A DNA stretch of 63,302 nucleotides, filler included, from Olpidium bornovanus S191 (GCA_017911155.1; 34 parts of 34 records of this genome joined end to end with filler, not necessarily neighbours in it); one strand, 5' to 3'; counted from the first letter of the whole stretch, positions 24,385 through 37,499 are shown. Numbers and translations: made by a program. Notes: generated by a model not told the origin, from the sequence alone.

Positions 24385-24640
24385 CTCAATCCAGGAACCC
24401 CTCGAGTACTTCCGGAAGAAAACTATCCAAGAGGCGTAGAATGCGGCGACCCGCATCGCCAAGCACGTCATCTGGCACAAGCCAAGCGGTCACAAGCAAG
24501 CGAACCGCACTACTAATTCCGGCAAAAGAGGGCATGCGCAAAACAAAAGACGGCACGCTAATTCCGTACTCAGAAATCATCTGCCGCACGTGCAAGTAAA
24601 ACGGACACACTTTGCAGCACGCCATCGTCGGTCATCCAAA
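24385..24640 (+). mobile_element. Degenerate Gag zinc-knuckle relic
   Basis: EIICRTCK*NGHTLQHA is a CX2CX4HX4(C) knuckle with an in-frame stop and a lost last Cys. Another stop lies upstream. Confidence 0.35.
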
Positions 24641-24805
24641 GAGAAAGATGCAANNNNNNNNNNNNNNNNNNNNNNNNNNNNNNNNNNNNNNNNNNNNTTA
24701 ATTAATTAANNNNNNNNNNNNNNNNNNNNNNNNNNNNNNNNNNNNNNNNNNNNAGTGCGAGATCGCCCGGGGCAAGGGGCCAAAAAAGGGGGGGCCGAAA
24801 AAGGG

Positions 24806-24838
<33 letters not shown>

Positions 24839-24944
24839 AACGAACGCGACAGCAAGAGGTTTCGCAGCCGGCTTCTTCTCAGAAACCGTCCGTTCGCTGG
24901 TTACCCTGCGCGGAAGAAGACGCATCCCGCATTCGCTCGCCGTC

Positions 24945-26254
24945 ATGTGCAACCGACACGGTTCCGGCTGCAAGTCGTCCTCCGATTCCCGCTCCCCGGC
25001 GTCACTGGGGTGCCACTGGGGCCGGACGAACTGGGCGACGGTCTCGCTTATATGCCTGGTGCTGCAAAACCTGTCCCTGATTCACTTCCTGAAGGAGTCC
25101 CGGGTAGAGGGCCACCCCCCGTACTCGTCCGCGGAGGCGGTCGTCGTTTGCGAGGTTGTTAAACTGCTGGCTTGCGCGGCCGTTCTGACCTGGAAGTATC
25201 CAGCAAGAACAGCCCTGCGGGCCGTCATCGACCCGAAGGAGCTCACGTACCTTTCGGTCCCAGCAGCGCTGTATACCATACAAAACAATTTGATTTACTA
25301 CTCGGTACGGTTGTTTATGCCCGGTTCAATTTTTTTTCTTTTTTTTTTTTTTTTTTTTTTTTTTCCTGCGTTCCCGAGCTTCCTCCCCTGAAACGAAACT
25401 CGGCTGACGCTGCGACTTTAAAATCTACGCGCAGTTCACGGCGCTGGACGCCGTTACCTTCCAGATCCTCTACCAGTTCAAGATTCTCACGCTGGCGTTC
25501 TTCTTGCGGATATGCATGCGGCGCACGCTGCGGCCGCTTCAGGTCGCGAGCTTGGTCCTGCTGATGGCGGGCATCATCCTCACGCAGACGGCGAACGCGG
25601 GGGGCGCGTCGGCGCCGCTCGCGTCGCCGGAAGAAGGGGGACGGACCCGGAGAGTCATCGCGGGGGCCTGCGTGCTCCTGGCGGCGGTGTCGTCGGGTTT
25701 CGCCGGGGTGTACACGGAGATGATCCTGAAGGGCAAGATGGGCCCGGCCGAGCCCGGCCCGGCTTTCGCCCGCGCCGCCGGGCGGGGCGGCGCGGGTCGC
25801 TGCGAGGCCGCGCGCCCGCCGGCGTCTTGCCTGTTCGTCAAGAACGCGCAGATGTCCGCGCTGGGCGTCCTTTTCGGCGCCGCGGCCTGGGTCCAAGCGG
25901 ACGGCGCCCGGTCCGTCCTCCGGCCGCGGCACCTGCTGGCCGGGTGGACGGGCGCCGTCTGGATGGCCGTGCTCACCGGGGCCGTCGGCGGCCTGATCAT
26001 ATCCGCGGTGATGAAGTACGCCGACAACATGCTCAAGACCTTCGCGACCTCCGTCTCCATCGTCGCGTCGATGTGCGCGTCCATCGCCGCGGGCGACACG
26101 CCGCCCGACGCGCGGACGGTCGCGGGCATCGCGATGGTCGTGTTCGCCTCCGTCGCCTACGCCCGGGAGTCCCGCGCGCAGCCGCCGCCGCCGCCGCAGT
26201 TCGCGCCTTTCCAACATCACGGGGAAAAAACGTCGGGGAATTACCAAGCGCTCG
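24945..26254 (+). CDS. Nucleotide-sugar transporter, SLC35A / Gms1 type
   Basis: SLICLVLQN, AVVVCEVVKLL, LSVPAALYTIQNNL / LDAVTFQILYQFKILT, SGFAGVYTEMILK, GGLIISAVMKYADNMLKTFATSVSIV. There is one intron near 25305-25433. The 3' end is uncertain. Confidence 0.92.
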
Positions 26255-26930
26255 GTGAGAAACGTCGGACGGGCCGGGGGGGAGGGAAGAGGGGAGGGGT
26301 GAACAGCCGGACAACAGCACGTTTTCTTTTTTTTTTTTTTCCTGCTCCGGCAAAATCTGCCGACTTTTCTGATGGGGGCTCCCCGTTCAGGCGCGCCGGC
26401 AGTTCGCGGTGCGGTCAGGAGCTGCTGCGCGCCGCCAGGGTCCCAGCACGACTTCCAGGTGTGAACAGGAGGCGTGCCGCTGGCCCGCGCGGGCCAAGTA
26501 ATTCTCGCACATAAGCGCTCGCGCTCTGTAAGCCTCCACCGTGACCAAGTTTGTCAAGGGGGGCGTCAGCATCGTTTTTTTTTTTTTTTGTTTTTGTTCC
26601 TCCGCAAGCATCCAAACCTCCCCGTTCGGGCGCCTCCGCGCGTGCCCTAACGCAAAAGCCACTACACCACATTCGCACATTTTACCATCCGGCGTTACCG
26701 GAACGCTCAAACGTGTCCAAGGGAAAGGCCGGCTTCGCGGGCAAAGATTCGGGGAGCGCCAGGAATAAACATACCCTTCTAAGCGCCTCACACTTTTTTC
26801 TCATCCTCTTTCTCTCTTTGTTTCTTTTTTTTCGGAAAGTTTCTGCTCCGCGGGCAAATTGTGCGACGGGAGGATGTCCGAAGTTTTCCCCCGCCGCGTT
26901 TTCCTGTGGGGAAGGAAGCCTCGCCGCAGC

Positions 26931-26978
<48 letters not shown>

Positions 26979-27700
26979 TTTTGGGGGCGGGNNNNNNNNN
27001 NNNNNNNNNNNNNNNNNNNNNNNNNNNNNNNNNNNTTAATTAATTAANNNNNNNNNNNNNNNNNNNNNNNNNNNNNNNNNNNNNNNNNNNNCATGCAAAC
27101 GTTTCGTTTTGTTTTTGTTTTGCCCCTCTTGATGACCGCCGCGCTCGACAGAAACGCGCTCGGGATCGGTTGTTGGAGCAACATCCGCTCGCGGCAGATC
27201 AGAACACGCAGTAAGCGAGCGAGAGAGAAAGAGAGAGAGAGGGAGTGAGAGGGAAAGAGTCGAGGAGTCGAAGTCTCTGCTCGTCCCCGTGTTCTTGAAA
27301 ACTGTGCCTGTTCTACCACGCCGCAGCCTGCTAGGACTCACGAACTCTCCCCCAGCTGCGGAACATCTCGTTCCGGCCAGTTTGCCTAGAGGCAACAAAA
27401 AGCAGGATCTGGAATCCACCTGACGCAACTGCGGAAGATACAATGGACAAGTCATGACCGGAAAGATTCTGCGGAACCGGAACGCATCACCGCAAGGAAG
27501 AGGCTTCCAAAACATTGGATGCAACGCAAGGTCCGCCTGACTTTGGCCCGCTTGCCTGCGAAATCCCGACCCGCGCAAAGTTCAAACGAATTTCCCATCC
27601 AACGGAAAGGAAGATGACTCTCTCGGCCGGGGTATGCGCGTGTGGGCACGTTGACGCACCCGCCCCTCCTACGTTCTGCGGCAATGCTGCTCTCGTAACA

Positions 27701-27733
<33 letters not shown>

Positions 27734-27768
27734 GCCCGGCGAACCGGCAACCCACACCGGCCCCCCCC

Positions 27769-27807
<39 letters not shown>

Positions 27808-29400
27808 GCGCGCGCCGGGCGCCCGACGGGACCCGCCCCGCCACGTGAACTCAGAGCGGCGCGCGCGCAAAAGGGGACGCGGCCGCGCGCCCCCTTCGCT
27901 TTTTGCGCGGCGGCAGAGCAAATTCTCTGCGCGCAGCGAACTCTCCCCGATCTTTCAGCCGTCGTCTAACTGGGCGACCCCCACGCTCGTCGTGAACTGA
28001 GCGCGTCGTCGGCGCCCCCCCGCGCACGAGGGAGAGCCGCGCCACTTTCGTCGGCGAAGGAGGCAAACGGAACGGAGCCGCGCGTCGCAGGGGGGGAAAG
28101 ACTGCGGCGGGCTCTAAGACTATTCCTCAATGCCGAACTCCTCCGCGCGGTCAGATCCCTCAATCCTTCGTCAGCGTCGCCGCCACCGCGCCGCTCGCTA
28201 GCACTCCTCCTCGGCCGGCCGGAAGCCCTGCTGCAGCTCACGAAGTTCACAGCAACACCCCGGATCTGCCTTGGCGACGAACCGCCGAAGCCCTCGGAGC
28301 TCGGCGACGTCATTGTCCACCGTGCGTATTTTTATTATACTCCGCGCGTCTACGGAAACCATTACGTCGAAGGCCCCGTTAACTTCGCCCAAGTTTACGC
28401 GTCCCCGCGCTGCTCGCAACTCGTCCGGAGGACCGTTCCGAAGCGGCTGCCGCCGCCGCCGAGAGAGAAAACGCACTCCTGCGTGATGAACTCCTCGGCA
28501 TGAGGACTCCCGGCTGCATAGTAGCGTGTTGCAAGTCGAAAATCTCGTGGGCCGGTCGCCGGATTGGTCGCCGGATCGGTCGCCGGCTCCGTTGTCTCGG
28601 AAGCTGGCCTGGTTTTCGCATGGACCTTTTCTCAAAGATAAAGGAGTACAGCGGGAGTGGAGAATCAAGGGATTCCTCGAATGGAAGTCGGGAGTTCACT
28701 GTTACGTTGGAACGCACTCCATCGGTCAGCACCTTCGCCACCGGTCCATGCCCCTCGATATCATCGCCGGCTAGTTTACAGGCAGCGCAGGTCTTTTCTG
28801 GCGCAACCGGCTCTCTCAGGCGCCGCCGCGCTGTAGGTCACGGCATGAGGTGCTCCTCATTTGAAGAGGGCAACAGGAAACTCCAACACGTCAGGAGAGG
28901 TATCTTCAAGGGAGGTAATGAAGAAACTGCCATCAGTTTAGCGGTACAGTGGGATGCCGGCAGGGGCCTGTGCCGTCGCCGATCGGTAGTCAGAAGACGC
29001 TGTGGGGGAAAGGGGGGGATGGGGGGGGGNNNNNNNNNNNNNNNNNNNNNNNNNNNNNNNNNNNNNNNNNNNNTTAATTAATTAANNNNNNNNNNNNNNN
29101 NNNNNNNNNNNNNNNNNNNNNNNNNNNNNCGTGAAAGCTTATTATGATGTCTATCCTCGGAAAGCAACAAACACCCGAGCGCCAACAACGCCCTACGTTT
29201 GTCTCGTCGGGGTTGCGCATACTCGAGTACTTTAACAGGTCGTCAACATGGGTGATGCTCTACGGCTGTCTGTATGCTCTAAGTGCCCGGTCCGCTGCGC
29301 ACTGGGTGGCGGCGGGCGCGCGCGACAGTTTGGGAGGAGATCCCAACCGTCACCTGGGGGAAAGGGTGGGGTAAATTTTTTTTTTCTCTTTTTTTTTCCC

Positions 29401-29432
<32 letters not shown>

Positions 29433-30199
29433 TTTCTTTTTTGCCTTTCGCGAACCGGTCTCTCTCTCGCGCGCCCGCCCCCGCGCTCCAAATCCTCCGG
29501 CGGCCAAACCGGACAAAGAGCAGCGCCGAGCCGTCCGTTTCTGCTCCCTTGCGCGCTGGCTGCCCGGCTGGGCTGCGGAACGCCCAGTTCTCGCAAAAAC
29601 GGCAGCAGAGCACCGACGAGTAGGCCGCGACGAGAGGCGGCTAAGTGGAGCGCCGACCGGCGGAAGTTCTCCACGAAGCTCGCGCGCTGCTGACGCGGAC
29701 GCGCGCTGCTGTCGCGGCGCTTGCTGGCGTGTAAAACGTCATGCGCAAGCCTTCCGCAGCGCGTTACCTGCCTCCGCTTGCCGCTTCATGCGCAGCGCAA
29801 CCTCGTGTTGTCCGGCAATGCCACAGCCTAGCGGCTAGGACGGCGGCGGCCGCGGACGCAGGCACGCCCGACTTGTCGCGAACAACGCTCTCCTCTCCGT
29901 TCTTGGCACGCTGGGCCGCCGCGTGTACATCGTGTCGCTTCAGCACCTTCACGGCCCCCTCTGCGTCGATCGCGAACGCGTCAGGTTCCGCAACATGCCC
30001 TTCCGGTTCGACGGATATTCGAGGAAGGGTTGGAAATTTAAATAATGACGTAGCGCCCCAGGAGTTTCGACCGCGACGGACAGTATTCTATGGTAGGACG
30101 ATTGTCCAGTAAGCGGTCCGCCTCGTCGGCGCGGGGCCCCGGCGGCTTCTCCTTTAATCGGGGAACTGAAATAGCGTTGACTATGGTCGTGGGTTTGGA

Positions 30200-30705
30200 A
30201 TGAAGGCATCGGACGCGCCCCGCCCAGAGCGTGTTGCCTGTCTTCGTGACGCCTTTTATGGTTCCCGTTTAGCAACTTGTCAGTATCTGATTTCCTCCGT
30301 TCCTGCGTTTCGCTTACGTAGTGCCGGGTTCCGACGAAAAGAAGCTCAAATCTTCTCTGGACCTAACGGCAGACACACTTGTGTATGATCTGGAGGACGG
30401 GGTCCCAGCGGACAGGAAAGGTGAAGCGCGTCAGCTAGTCTTTGACACATTAGAAGCAAGCGAACATGGTAGGCGTCAGTGGTTATCTCAAAGTTCACAA
30501 CACTGGCACACGCAATAGACGCTGAAACTACTCAGAATACCACAGGCAAGAATGAAAAGGCAGTCCGGATCAACGCCATCGGCAGCGGTGTGTCGAGCTC
30601 TGTTCAAGCTTGGATTAGGCACGGGGGGTTGAGGTTGCGCTGAACCATGGCCATTCCCAATGACCGTCTCCCGCAGGATTTGAAGTCGATGACCTCAATG
30701 TTATG
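30200..30705 (+). CDS. CLYBL: Citrate lyase beta-like (HpcH/HpaI aldolase family), N-terminal exons
   Basis: VPGSDEKKLKSSLDLTADTLVYDLEDGVPADRKGEARQLV...G/KNEKAVRINAIGSG/FEVDDLNV. Confidence 0.88.
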
Positions 30706-30865
30706 GTATTGTGATTTTCTGACATTGTTTGTTGCCGTAGTCCCCGCCTTTTTATTACTTATGACNNNNNNNNNNNNNNNNNNNNNNNNNNNNNNNNNNN
30801 NNNNNNNNNTTAATTAATTAANNNNNNNNNNNNNNNNNNNNNNNNNNNNNNNNNNNNNNNNNNNN

Positions 30866-31400
30866 CATGGAATAATCTACCGCGCGCGCATCAATTCTGA
30901 CCGAAAGCACGCGTTTACCGCTCACAACCAACTCGCCGTCAAGGGTTTTGTCGACTCTGACCCCGCTTCTGACGCTGAGGACCGGAAATCACAATCCGGG
31001 TTTTTCTTTGGCCTAGCCTATGGCACCGTACATTGGAGGTCAATCAAACAGAAGTGTGTTGCTCTGAGCTCCACAGAGGCGGAGTACCTTGCGGCCTCTG
31101 ACACAGCTCGTGAGGTGATTTGGTTCCGTCGACTACTACTCCAGCTCGGTGCATTCCTCCTGGACCCCAAATTCCCATTGTTTATCGGCAACAGTGCTGC
31201 CAAGGCCCTAGCGGATGGCTAGAACGGCTTTTCTCGCATGAAACATATCGATGTTCGCGCTCAGTTTGTCCGCCAGGCTGTCGCCAACAGTCTAATTCAT
31301 GTCGAGCGCGTTCCTACACAATCGAATACTGCCAACTGCCTCACGAAGGCACTTCCCCGACCCCGCGACGACATTTGTCATCAAGAGATGGGCATTGGCA
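30866..31400 (+). pseudogene. Ty1/copia RNase H domain, degenerate (absent from ORF track)
   Basis: GFVDSD..SDAEDRKSQSG...WRSIKQKCVALSSTEAEYLA...IGNSAA..*..SRMKHIDVRAQFVRQ...VPTQSNTANCLTKAL. It has one in-frame TAG, and the conserved Asp residues of DN and ADxLTK are replaced. Confidence 0.93.
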
Positions 31401-31517
31401 ACATTATTCTTCATTAGATTACATCCCCAATGCCACCGTTACCTCCGTTTTATTACCTTCCCCTTATCCTTTCTTCCCGCACGATATGCCGTCGTTCCAT
31501 TCCATATGGAATTCCGC

Positions 31518-31581
31518 CAAGAGGGCGTGTTGTAGTGCGGGATTTCTAGCGCTACTCCTTCTCTCTCCCTTTCTACCAACA
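31518..31581 (+). mobile_element. PPT-like tract plus a very short TGTTG...CAACA LTR-like unit
   Basis: CAAGAGGGCG is followed by TGTTG (31528), with CAACA ending at 31581. It lies downstream of the copia RNase H. Confidence 0.45.
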
Positions 31582-31667
31582 ACCGCTCGCTCGCGCGCTC
31601 AATACACACTCTTCACACAACGGGGGGACGTAAACAAAGCGCCGTCGCCGCCGCTCCACCCCCCGTC

Positions 31668-31702
<35 letters not shown>

Positions 31703-32299
31703 CCCGTGTGTAAACCCCGCTGCACCCCGTCCGCCCGCCGCAGCAGGGGGGACGGTGACCGGCCGGCTGCCTCCCCCGTGGGTAAAATGGGTGTCCGCCC
31801 CCCGCCGTAAATCCCCTCCATCCGCAGACCTCCCCCACACAACGCGGCGCCTTATACCGCGTGCCTTTTGAAACGCACGCCTTACCCATTCCCCCCAAGA
31901 CTTCGCCAAGGCCCGCACTCNNNNNNNNNNNNNNNNNNNNNNNNNNNNNNNNNNNNNNNNNNNNTTAATTAATTAANNNNNNNNNNNNNNNNNNNNNNNN
32001 NNNNNNNNNNNNNNNNNNNNATTTTTTTTTTCCGCTGACCAGGCATAGCGTTGCGCGTGGCCTGTACCTGAGCCCTTTGTCACGGCATCTAGAACCGGCA
32101 GCAGCTCAGAGGCCCGAAAGCTTTCCCGCTTGAACGCATGCTGGCAATTTTTTACAGTATTCTCGAAGAGCCCGTAGAGAGCACGGTCGACGTGCAGATG
32201 CAGGTGGGAGCCGTTGTACGCTCAAGCTCATGGCACTTCGACTTCCGTACTAAACAAAACACAACGGGTTTTGGCGGGTGCACGGGATAGGTGTCCACC

Positions 32300-33194
32300 C
32301 TAATCTCCCTTCGCCTGCTGACCCGCACGACCCCGTACGACCGGCTTAACTCCGCCAAGTGCAAGTGCAATGTCAGCTATAATCTCGCAAAGCAGGTAGC
32401 CAAAGACCTCCGGTTCGACCTGGACAGGTACCTGTTCAATTTTGTATGATCGACGACAGGAACCTTACCCGAGAGAACGACATTATGCGGTACCTACATG
32501 GCAAGCGGATCTCCCGGATTTAAGGCATCGATCACGACTTCGCAAATATCGCGTACGTCGGGTACGTGACGAAAGACGTCCCCGTTGTTCCGGGCGTCCA
32601 AAAAACCAAGACGTAACCCCTGGCAAGGAAAGCACCCGCGACGGCGGTCCACCTCACCGCCTTGAGGTGGCCCCCTTCGTACTCCAGCCACTCGAGGCGG
32701 TCAGGCACCGTTTTCCACACTTTCCCGCTGCGCAGGATGACCCTTACGAGAGTCGGATCTATGTACCGTCTCAAGTGCGGGGCACCCCAGAAGTCCAACG
32801 CCCAGCAGAGCTGCGAGCGGCGGTAGCCCGGCGGTGGCGAGAGGTCCGGCAGGTCGCCGTCTCCCGAACAGGCGAAGCGCACGAAGTTGAGGATGCAGGA
32901 GAAAAGGGCGGGGTAGGCATCCGCGAACGGTCGACCGACGGAATCTCTGGGCAGGGACGGGTCACGATCGGCCAGTCGGCGCAGGAGGGAGCCCGCCTGC
33001 GGACGTCGGTTTGGCGGGAAACAACTTCCTCGAAGCGTAGACACGCGGGTACAAAAGTTTTCGCCGCCCACGTTCACGGAGATGACGTCGCCGTCCTGAG
33101 GCGGCAGCTCCGTTGCAGCAAGCGGCGGCGGCCGCCGCCGCCGCCGTCGACCGGACCGTGTTGCGCGAGTGTTGAAGCTGCAGTCCCTGGTCAT
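32300..33194 (-). CDS. BTB/POZ (KCTD / T1-type) domain protein
   Basis: VISVNVGGENFCTRVSTL...D..GRPFADAYPALFSCILNFVR...ALDFWG matches BTB_2. Further exons are likely downstream (LGFLDARNNGDVFRHVP...). Confidence 0.75.
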
Positions 33195-34822
33195 AACAAA
33201 AAGCGGAGGCCCGGGGAACGGTTTTTATAATAAGCTCCGCTCCGGGATTCGGGTGTTGTCACTTGAGCAGATCCTCGCAGCCAACCGACATCTGCATGTT
33301 CTGCGCTCCAGGTTGCCCCGGGGGGTCGGGAGGGTCCTCTCCGCGGGTTTGGCGGGTCTGGCCCGCCTTCGCCGGCCCCTCCCCTCCTCTCCTCCCGCGG
33401 GAGTCAGGCGTCGCCAGAAGGATCCCCGCGTTTGGAGCGGCCGCCTTTTTTGAAAATTTTCACGGAAGCTTGTCCGCGGAGGGCCCTGAAACCCCTGCGT
33501 TTGCGTGCAGCGTCCAGGTTGCTGGGGAGGGTGGGGTTTCTTTCGCACCGTCGGCGCCACGCCGCCCCTTTTGGCTCGCGCGGAAGCCTCTCTTTTTTTA
33601 AATTTCTTTGGCGCGGATTTTCGCACACCCACGGACCAACAAAGAAATGAAGGAGACGTTCGGTTCGGGGGGGTTTTCTAAGATAACAGAAAAAGAAAGG
33701 GGGGGGGGGGGGCGCGTTACCGTGGTGACCGACACGGCCGCAAGGTAAAATGTGAAGCCCGACGGGCGACATTGAGAGGGACACTCGCGCGCCGTGTTTT
33801 TCCTTTTTGTGCGCGGCGGACGTCCCCGGGTTGGGGGGAGAAGGGAAATGGGGGGATGGGGGGGCGGGGGGGGAAGGCGGGACGGGGCTCGCGGTGTGGT
33901 TTTTTTTTTTTTTTTTTTTTTTATGGGGGGAACACGGCAAACAACACCCGGGGCGCGGGGGCGCCCCCCAACGCGCGCCCTGCCCGTCAAACCGGGGGGG
34001 GGGGGGGGGTTTGTTTCCCTTTTCTTTTCCCCCCAGAAGACAAAGAGGAAAAAAAAAAAAAAAAAAAATCTCATCACCCGCGGCACACACACGGGCACAT
34101 ACGCAACGCGCACGCGCGCACGCACGACCCCGAACAGCGCTCGCCCTGCGGAAAAATCAAAACACAACGCCCCAGACCTCGGCGGCTCCCCCGAAAAAGA
34201 ACCCCCCAATTGCCCCCGCTTGCCAGTGTGGCAAAATAAACAGGGGCGGGAAGGGGGCGTCGGTCCCAACACAAAATTTCAAAGAAAAAACCAAAAAAAA
34301 AACCCACCCGCCGCCTCCGTCCGGTCCATTCCCCCCCCCCGCATTCGCGCCTCGTTCTCCGAGCCGGCCTTCCCCCCCTTCTTCCCCCCGGAACGGACGG
34401 ACGAACACACGCCTCGTCCGAAGGGCCCGGTTTCGGGTGCGCCGCGCACCGCTCCTCCTGCCCCTGCCACTGTTCCCCGCGCGCGATCGGAGAAACCGAC
34501 CCCCCTCCGCCGAGGCAGGGGGGTGGGGTGGGGGGGGGCGGGGGGAGAAGGAGGAGGGGGGGGGGTTGGTGGTGGGGGAGAAAAGGTAGCGGCCCAGAAT
34601 CATGTCGTCCTCGAGCCTGCCCGGAACGTCGTCGCCGGTCTCGCCGGAAACCCCCGTCGGAGAGGGCGAGGAATTCAACGTCATCACGACGTCCGGGGAA
34701 AGCGGCTCGAGGCAGGGCGTCNNNNNNNNNNNNNNNNNNNNNNNNNNNNNNNNNNNNNNNNNNNNTTAATTAATTAANNNNNNNNNNNNNNNNNNNNNNN
34801 NNNNNNNNNNNNNNNNNNNNNC

Positions 34823-35990
34823 ATGACTTTCTTCATCCTGAACACGAGGGACCGCGCCGACGCCGCGGCCAGGCTCGCCGAGATGGCCAACAAAGTGAAG
34901 AAAGGCGGGGCCAACAACGCGCTGGTAGCAGACGGCCCCGCGCTCGCCGACGTCCTCGCCGACTCGGCGCTGGTCGACGCCTTCCTGGCCGTCGCGATGC
35001 GCTGCCGGTCGACGATCTGCTGCCGGGTCACGCCGCTGCAGAAGGCGCTCGTGGTGTCGGTCGTCCGAACGCGTCTGCGCAAGGTCACCTTGGCGATCGG
35101 GGACGGGAGCAACGACGTGTCAATGATCCAGACGGCGCATGTTGGGGTCGGAATCCACGGAATGGAAGGGTCTCAGGCCGTCCGGGCGTCCGACTACAGC
35201 TTCGCTCAGTTCAAGAGCCTCCGGATTTTGCTCGCCGTGCACGGCCGCTACAGCTACTACGGAATCTGTAATCTCGTAAACTACAGCTTCTTCAAAAACG
35301 CCTGCCTGGCGACGGTGATGTTTCTCTACGGGTTCCAAACCGGGTGGTCGTCTGCTGTAAGTGGCCGCTGTCGAAAACGTCCACCTCAGCGCGGCTGGTA
35401 CGGGCCCTGCTTACCGCGGTTTTGGGTCCTTTGTTATCCAAGGGCAGACATTATATTCGCCGTGGCTGCTCTCCGCGTGGAACGTCTTTATCACGTCGGT
35501 CCCGCCATTGGTGATGGCTTGCTGCGACCGCGATGTCCCGGAGAGAAAGATACACGAATACCCGGAGCTTTTCCAGGAGGTGAAAGGCGGCCTTTACTGG
35601 AGCGTCAGGACGATCGTCGGCTGGACCGCCTCGGCTCTCTGGAGCGCCGCAGTCGTGTACACGACGCTGACGCTGACGCTCGGAGAGGAAGCCACGTTCC
35701 ACGAGGGCGGCGAGACCTGGGATGTCGAGGATTCGTCAAGCCTCGCCGCCTGGCTTACATTCTCTGTGGTCGGCTCCTTCTACCTTCTCGCGAACCGCCG
35801 GCTGATATCGCTACACGGGCTCGCCATGCTGTTGAGCCTGTTCTGCTTGGTAGCAGTCAGCCAGGGCCTCGAGATCTTCGGCGACCTGCGCGACGGCGAA
35901 AACGCCCGACTAGCCTCGTCGCCTCTGACCTACCTTTTGGTATTGATCGCGGTGGTGCTGAGCCTGCTTCCTGCGTGGACCTTCATTTAG
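34823..35990 (+). CDS. P4-type phospholipid flippase (Drs2/Dnf family), C-terminal half fragment
   Basis: ICCRVTPLQKALVV, TLAIGDGSNDVSMIQTAHVGVGIHGMEGSQAVRASDYSFAQF, HGRYSY, YSFFKN / GQTLY...NVFITSVPP...DRDV...YPELF. Confidence 0.96.
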
Positions 35991-36321
35991 TGAGTCATCC
36001 GTTGCATACGACACGTGTATTTTATACACACACATGCCTGCGTTTGCCTCGTCTTCAAACGCTCCGGAATTTTTTTCATCGTGCTGACGTTTTTTTTTTC
36101 TCGTTCCTATTTTCGCCTCCCGCGTTCCAAAAGCGTCCGGCGGACGTTCTGGCCGACCGCGGCAGAAATCATGNNNNNNNNNNNNNNNNNNNNNNNNNNN
36201 NNNNNNNNNNNNNNNNNTTAATTAATTAANNNNNNNNNNNNNNNNNNNNNNNNNNNNNNNNNNNNNNNNNNNNCCCCCCCCCACCCCCGCCCACCAAAAA
36301 AACACCCATTTTATTCAACCA

Positions 36322-36700
36322 GGCGCAATGTCCTCCGGACGCTGCGTGCACTCCGAAAACAAGGGGGCTTGAGCGGCAAGGACTCGAACATCGCTGACTG
36401 TTGCATATGCCTCTGCGCGATCGGGCCTTTCCAGGCTCTGTTCGTGGCCCCCTGTTCGCACGCCTTCCACTATAAGTGCGCTCGGCAGCTTCTCGTCAAC
36501 TGGCCGGCTTTCACCTGCCCGCTGTGTCGCACTTTTGCGGATCTCGAAGCCAGCGTCAGCACCGATAACCTCGCGGAAATGTTCGGGGACGACCTCAACC
36601 TCGCCGACGACGACGACGACGACGACGACGACTGCGAGGCGGAAGGCGACGGGGAAGGTGACGGCGGAAAGAAGGGAAACGGCGACGACGTGGAAGGTGT
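36322..36700 (+). CDS. DMA1: Dma1/Chfr-like RING E3 ligase, C-terminal RING exon
   Basis: DCCICLCAIGPFQALFVAPCSHAFHYKCARQLLVNWPAFTCPLCRTFADLEASV matches the fungal Dma1/2 RING. The FHA domain is not on this contig. Confidence 0.82.
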
Positions 36701-37499
36701 GAAAACCAGCCTTTTTACTTTATTTTTCTGCCGTCCGCGACGTTTGTTACGGGTGTGCGCGGCCTGAAGCTGCGTGACAGATTGATATTTATTAGAGTTA
36801 ATTGCGAGGCGGTTCTTTGCTTTCGTTTTCGGCGTTTGCCGACCCGCCAAAATTATGGTGTCCTCACTTTTTTATTGTTTTTTCGACCCTTTTTTTTTTC
36901 AGCGTCACGGCCGACAGATTCGGGCGCGACGGAGCCGGCGCGGCCCTGCGCGGACGGAGGGACGCCGGGGGACGGTGGCACGGGCGCATAGCCCCCGGGA
37001 GGAGATGTGCCGGTTCCCAAGACCCCCTTCCCAACCACTTTTTTGTCACCCGGGTGGAGGTTTCCCGGCTTACCTGCGCGTTTTTTCGAAACTCGCGCTC
37101 GTCCGCCGCTCTTCCCCTCCCCCTCTTTTTTATTTTTTCGTCCCAATTCCCTCCAGCCCTCGACTTCCCCACTCCCCTCAGCCCGGAGCCGTTACCCCTC
37201 CGTTGACATTCCCTTGGCCCGCCCCGCCCGCCCGCCCGCTTTTTCTCTTTTCCAACCATTCTCCATCTTAACTGCCTCCATGTACGTGAGAGATGCCCAC
37301 TGCAGTTCTTCAAAACTACACACCCCGCGCTGCCAAATGCCCGGGGCACCACCGCAGCGTACACATTTCCCGTGCGTACTGTCCGCATCCCTAGGTTGCN
37401 NNNNNNNNNNNNNNNNNNNNNNNNNNNNNNNNNNNNNNNNNNNTTAATTAATTAANNNNNNNNNNNNNNNNNNNNNNNNNNNNNNNNNNNNNNNNNNNN

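Noticed and set aside
25315-26247. Long antisense or overlapping ORFs (also 367-1350, 932-1849, 60382-61344, 20716-21624 and many others)
   Set aside because: They are shadows of real genes in very GC-rich DNA where stops are rare. The products are Arg/Gly/Pro/Ala low-complexity with no motifs.
30456-30461. Possible GC-AG intron in CLYBL (GAA|GCAAGC)
   Set aside because: A canonical donor at CATG|GTAGGC gives the better in-frame join LEASEHG-KNEKAVRIN.
33600-34580. Compound A/T/G/C homopolymer mosaics (also 13990-14135, 15310-15440, 16510-16597, 23490-23600, 27700-27810, 45144-45243) as a novel repeat class or poly-K/F/G/P proteins
   Set aside because: They cluster next to long homopolymers and contig ends and look like dephased low-quality read tails. 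They are not trusted without long reads.
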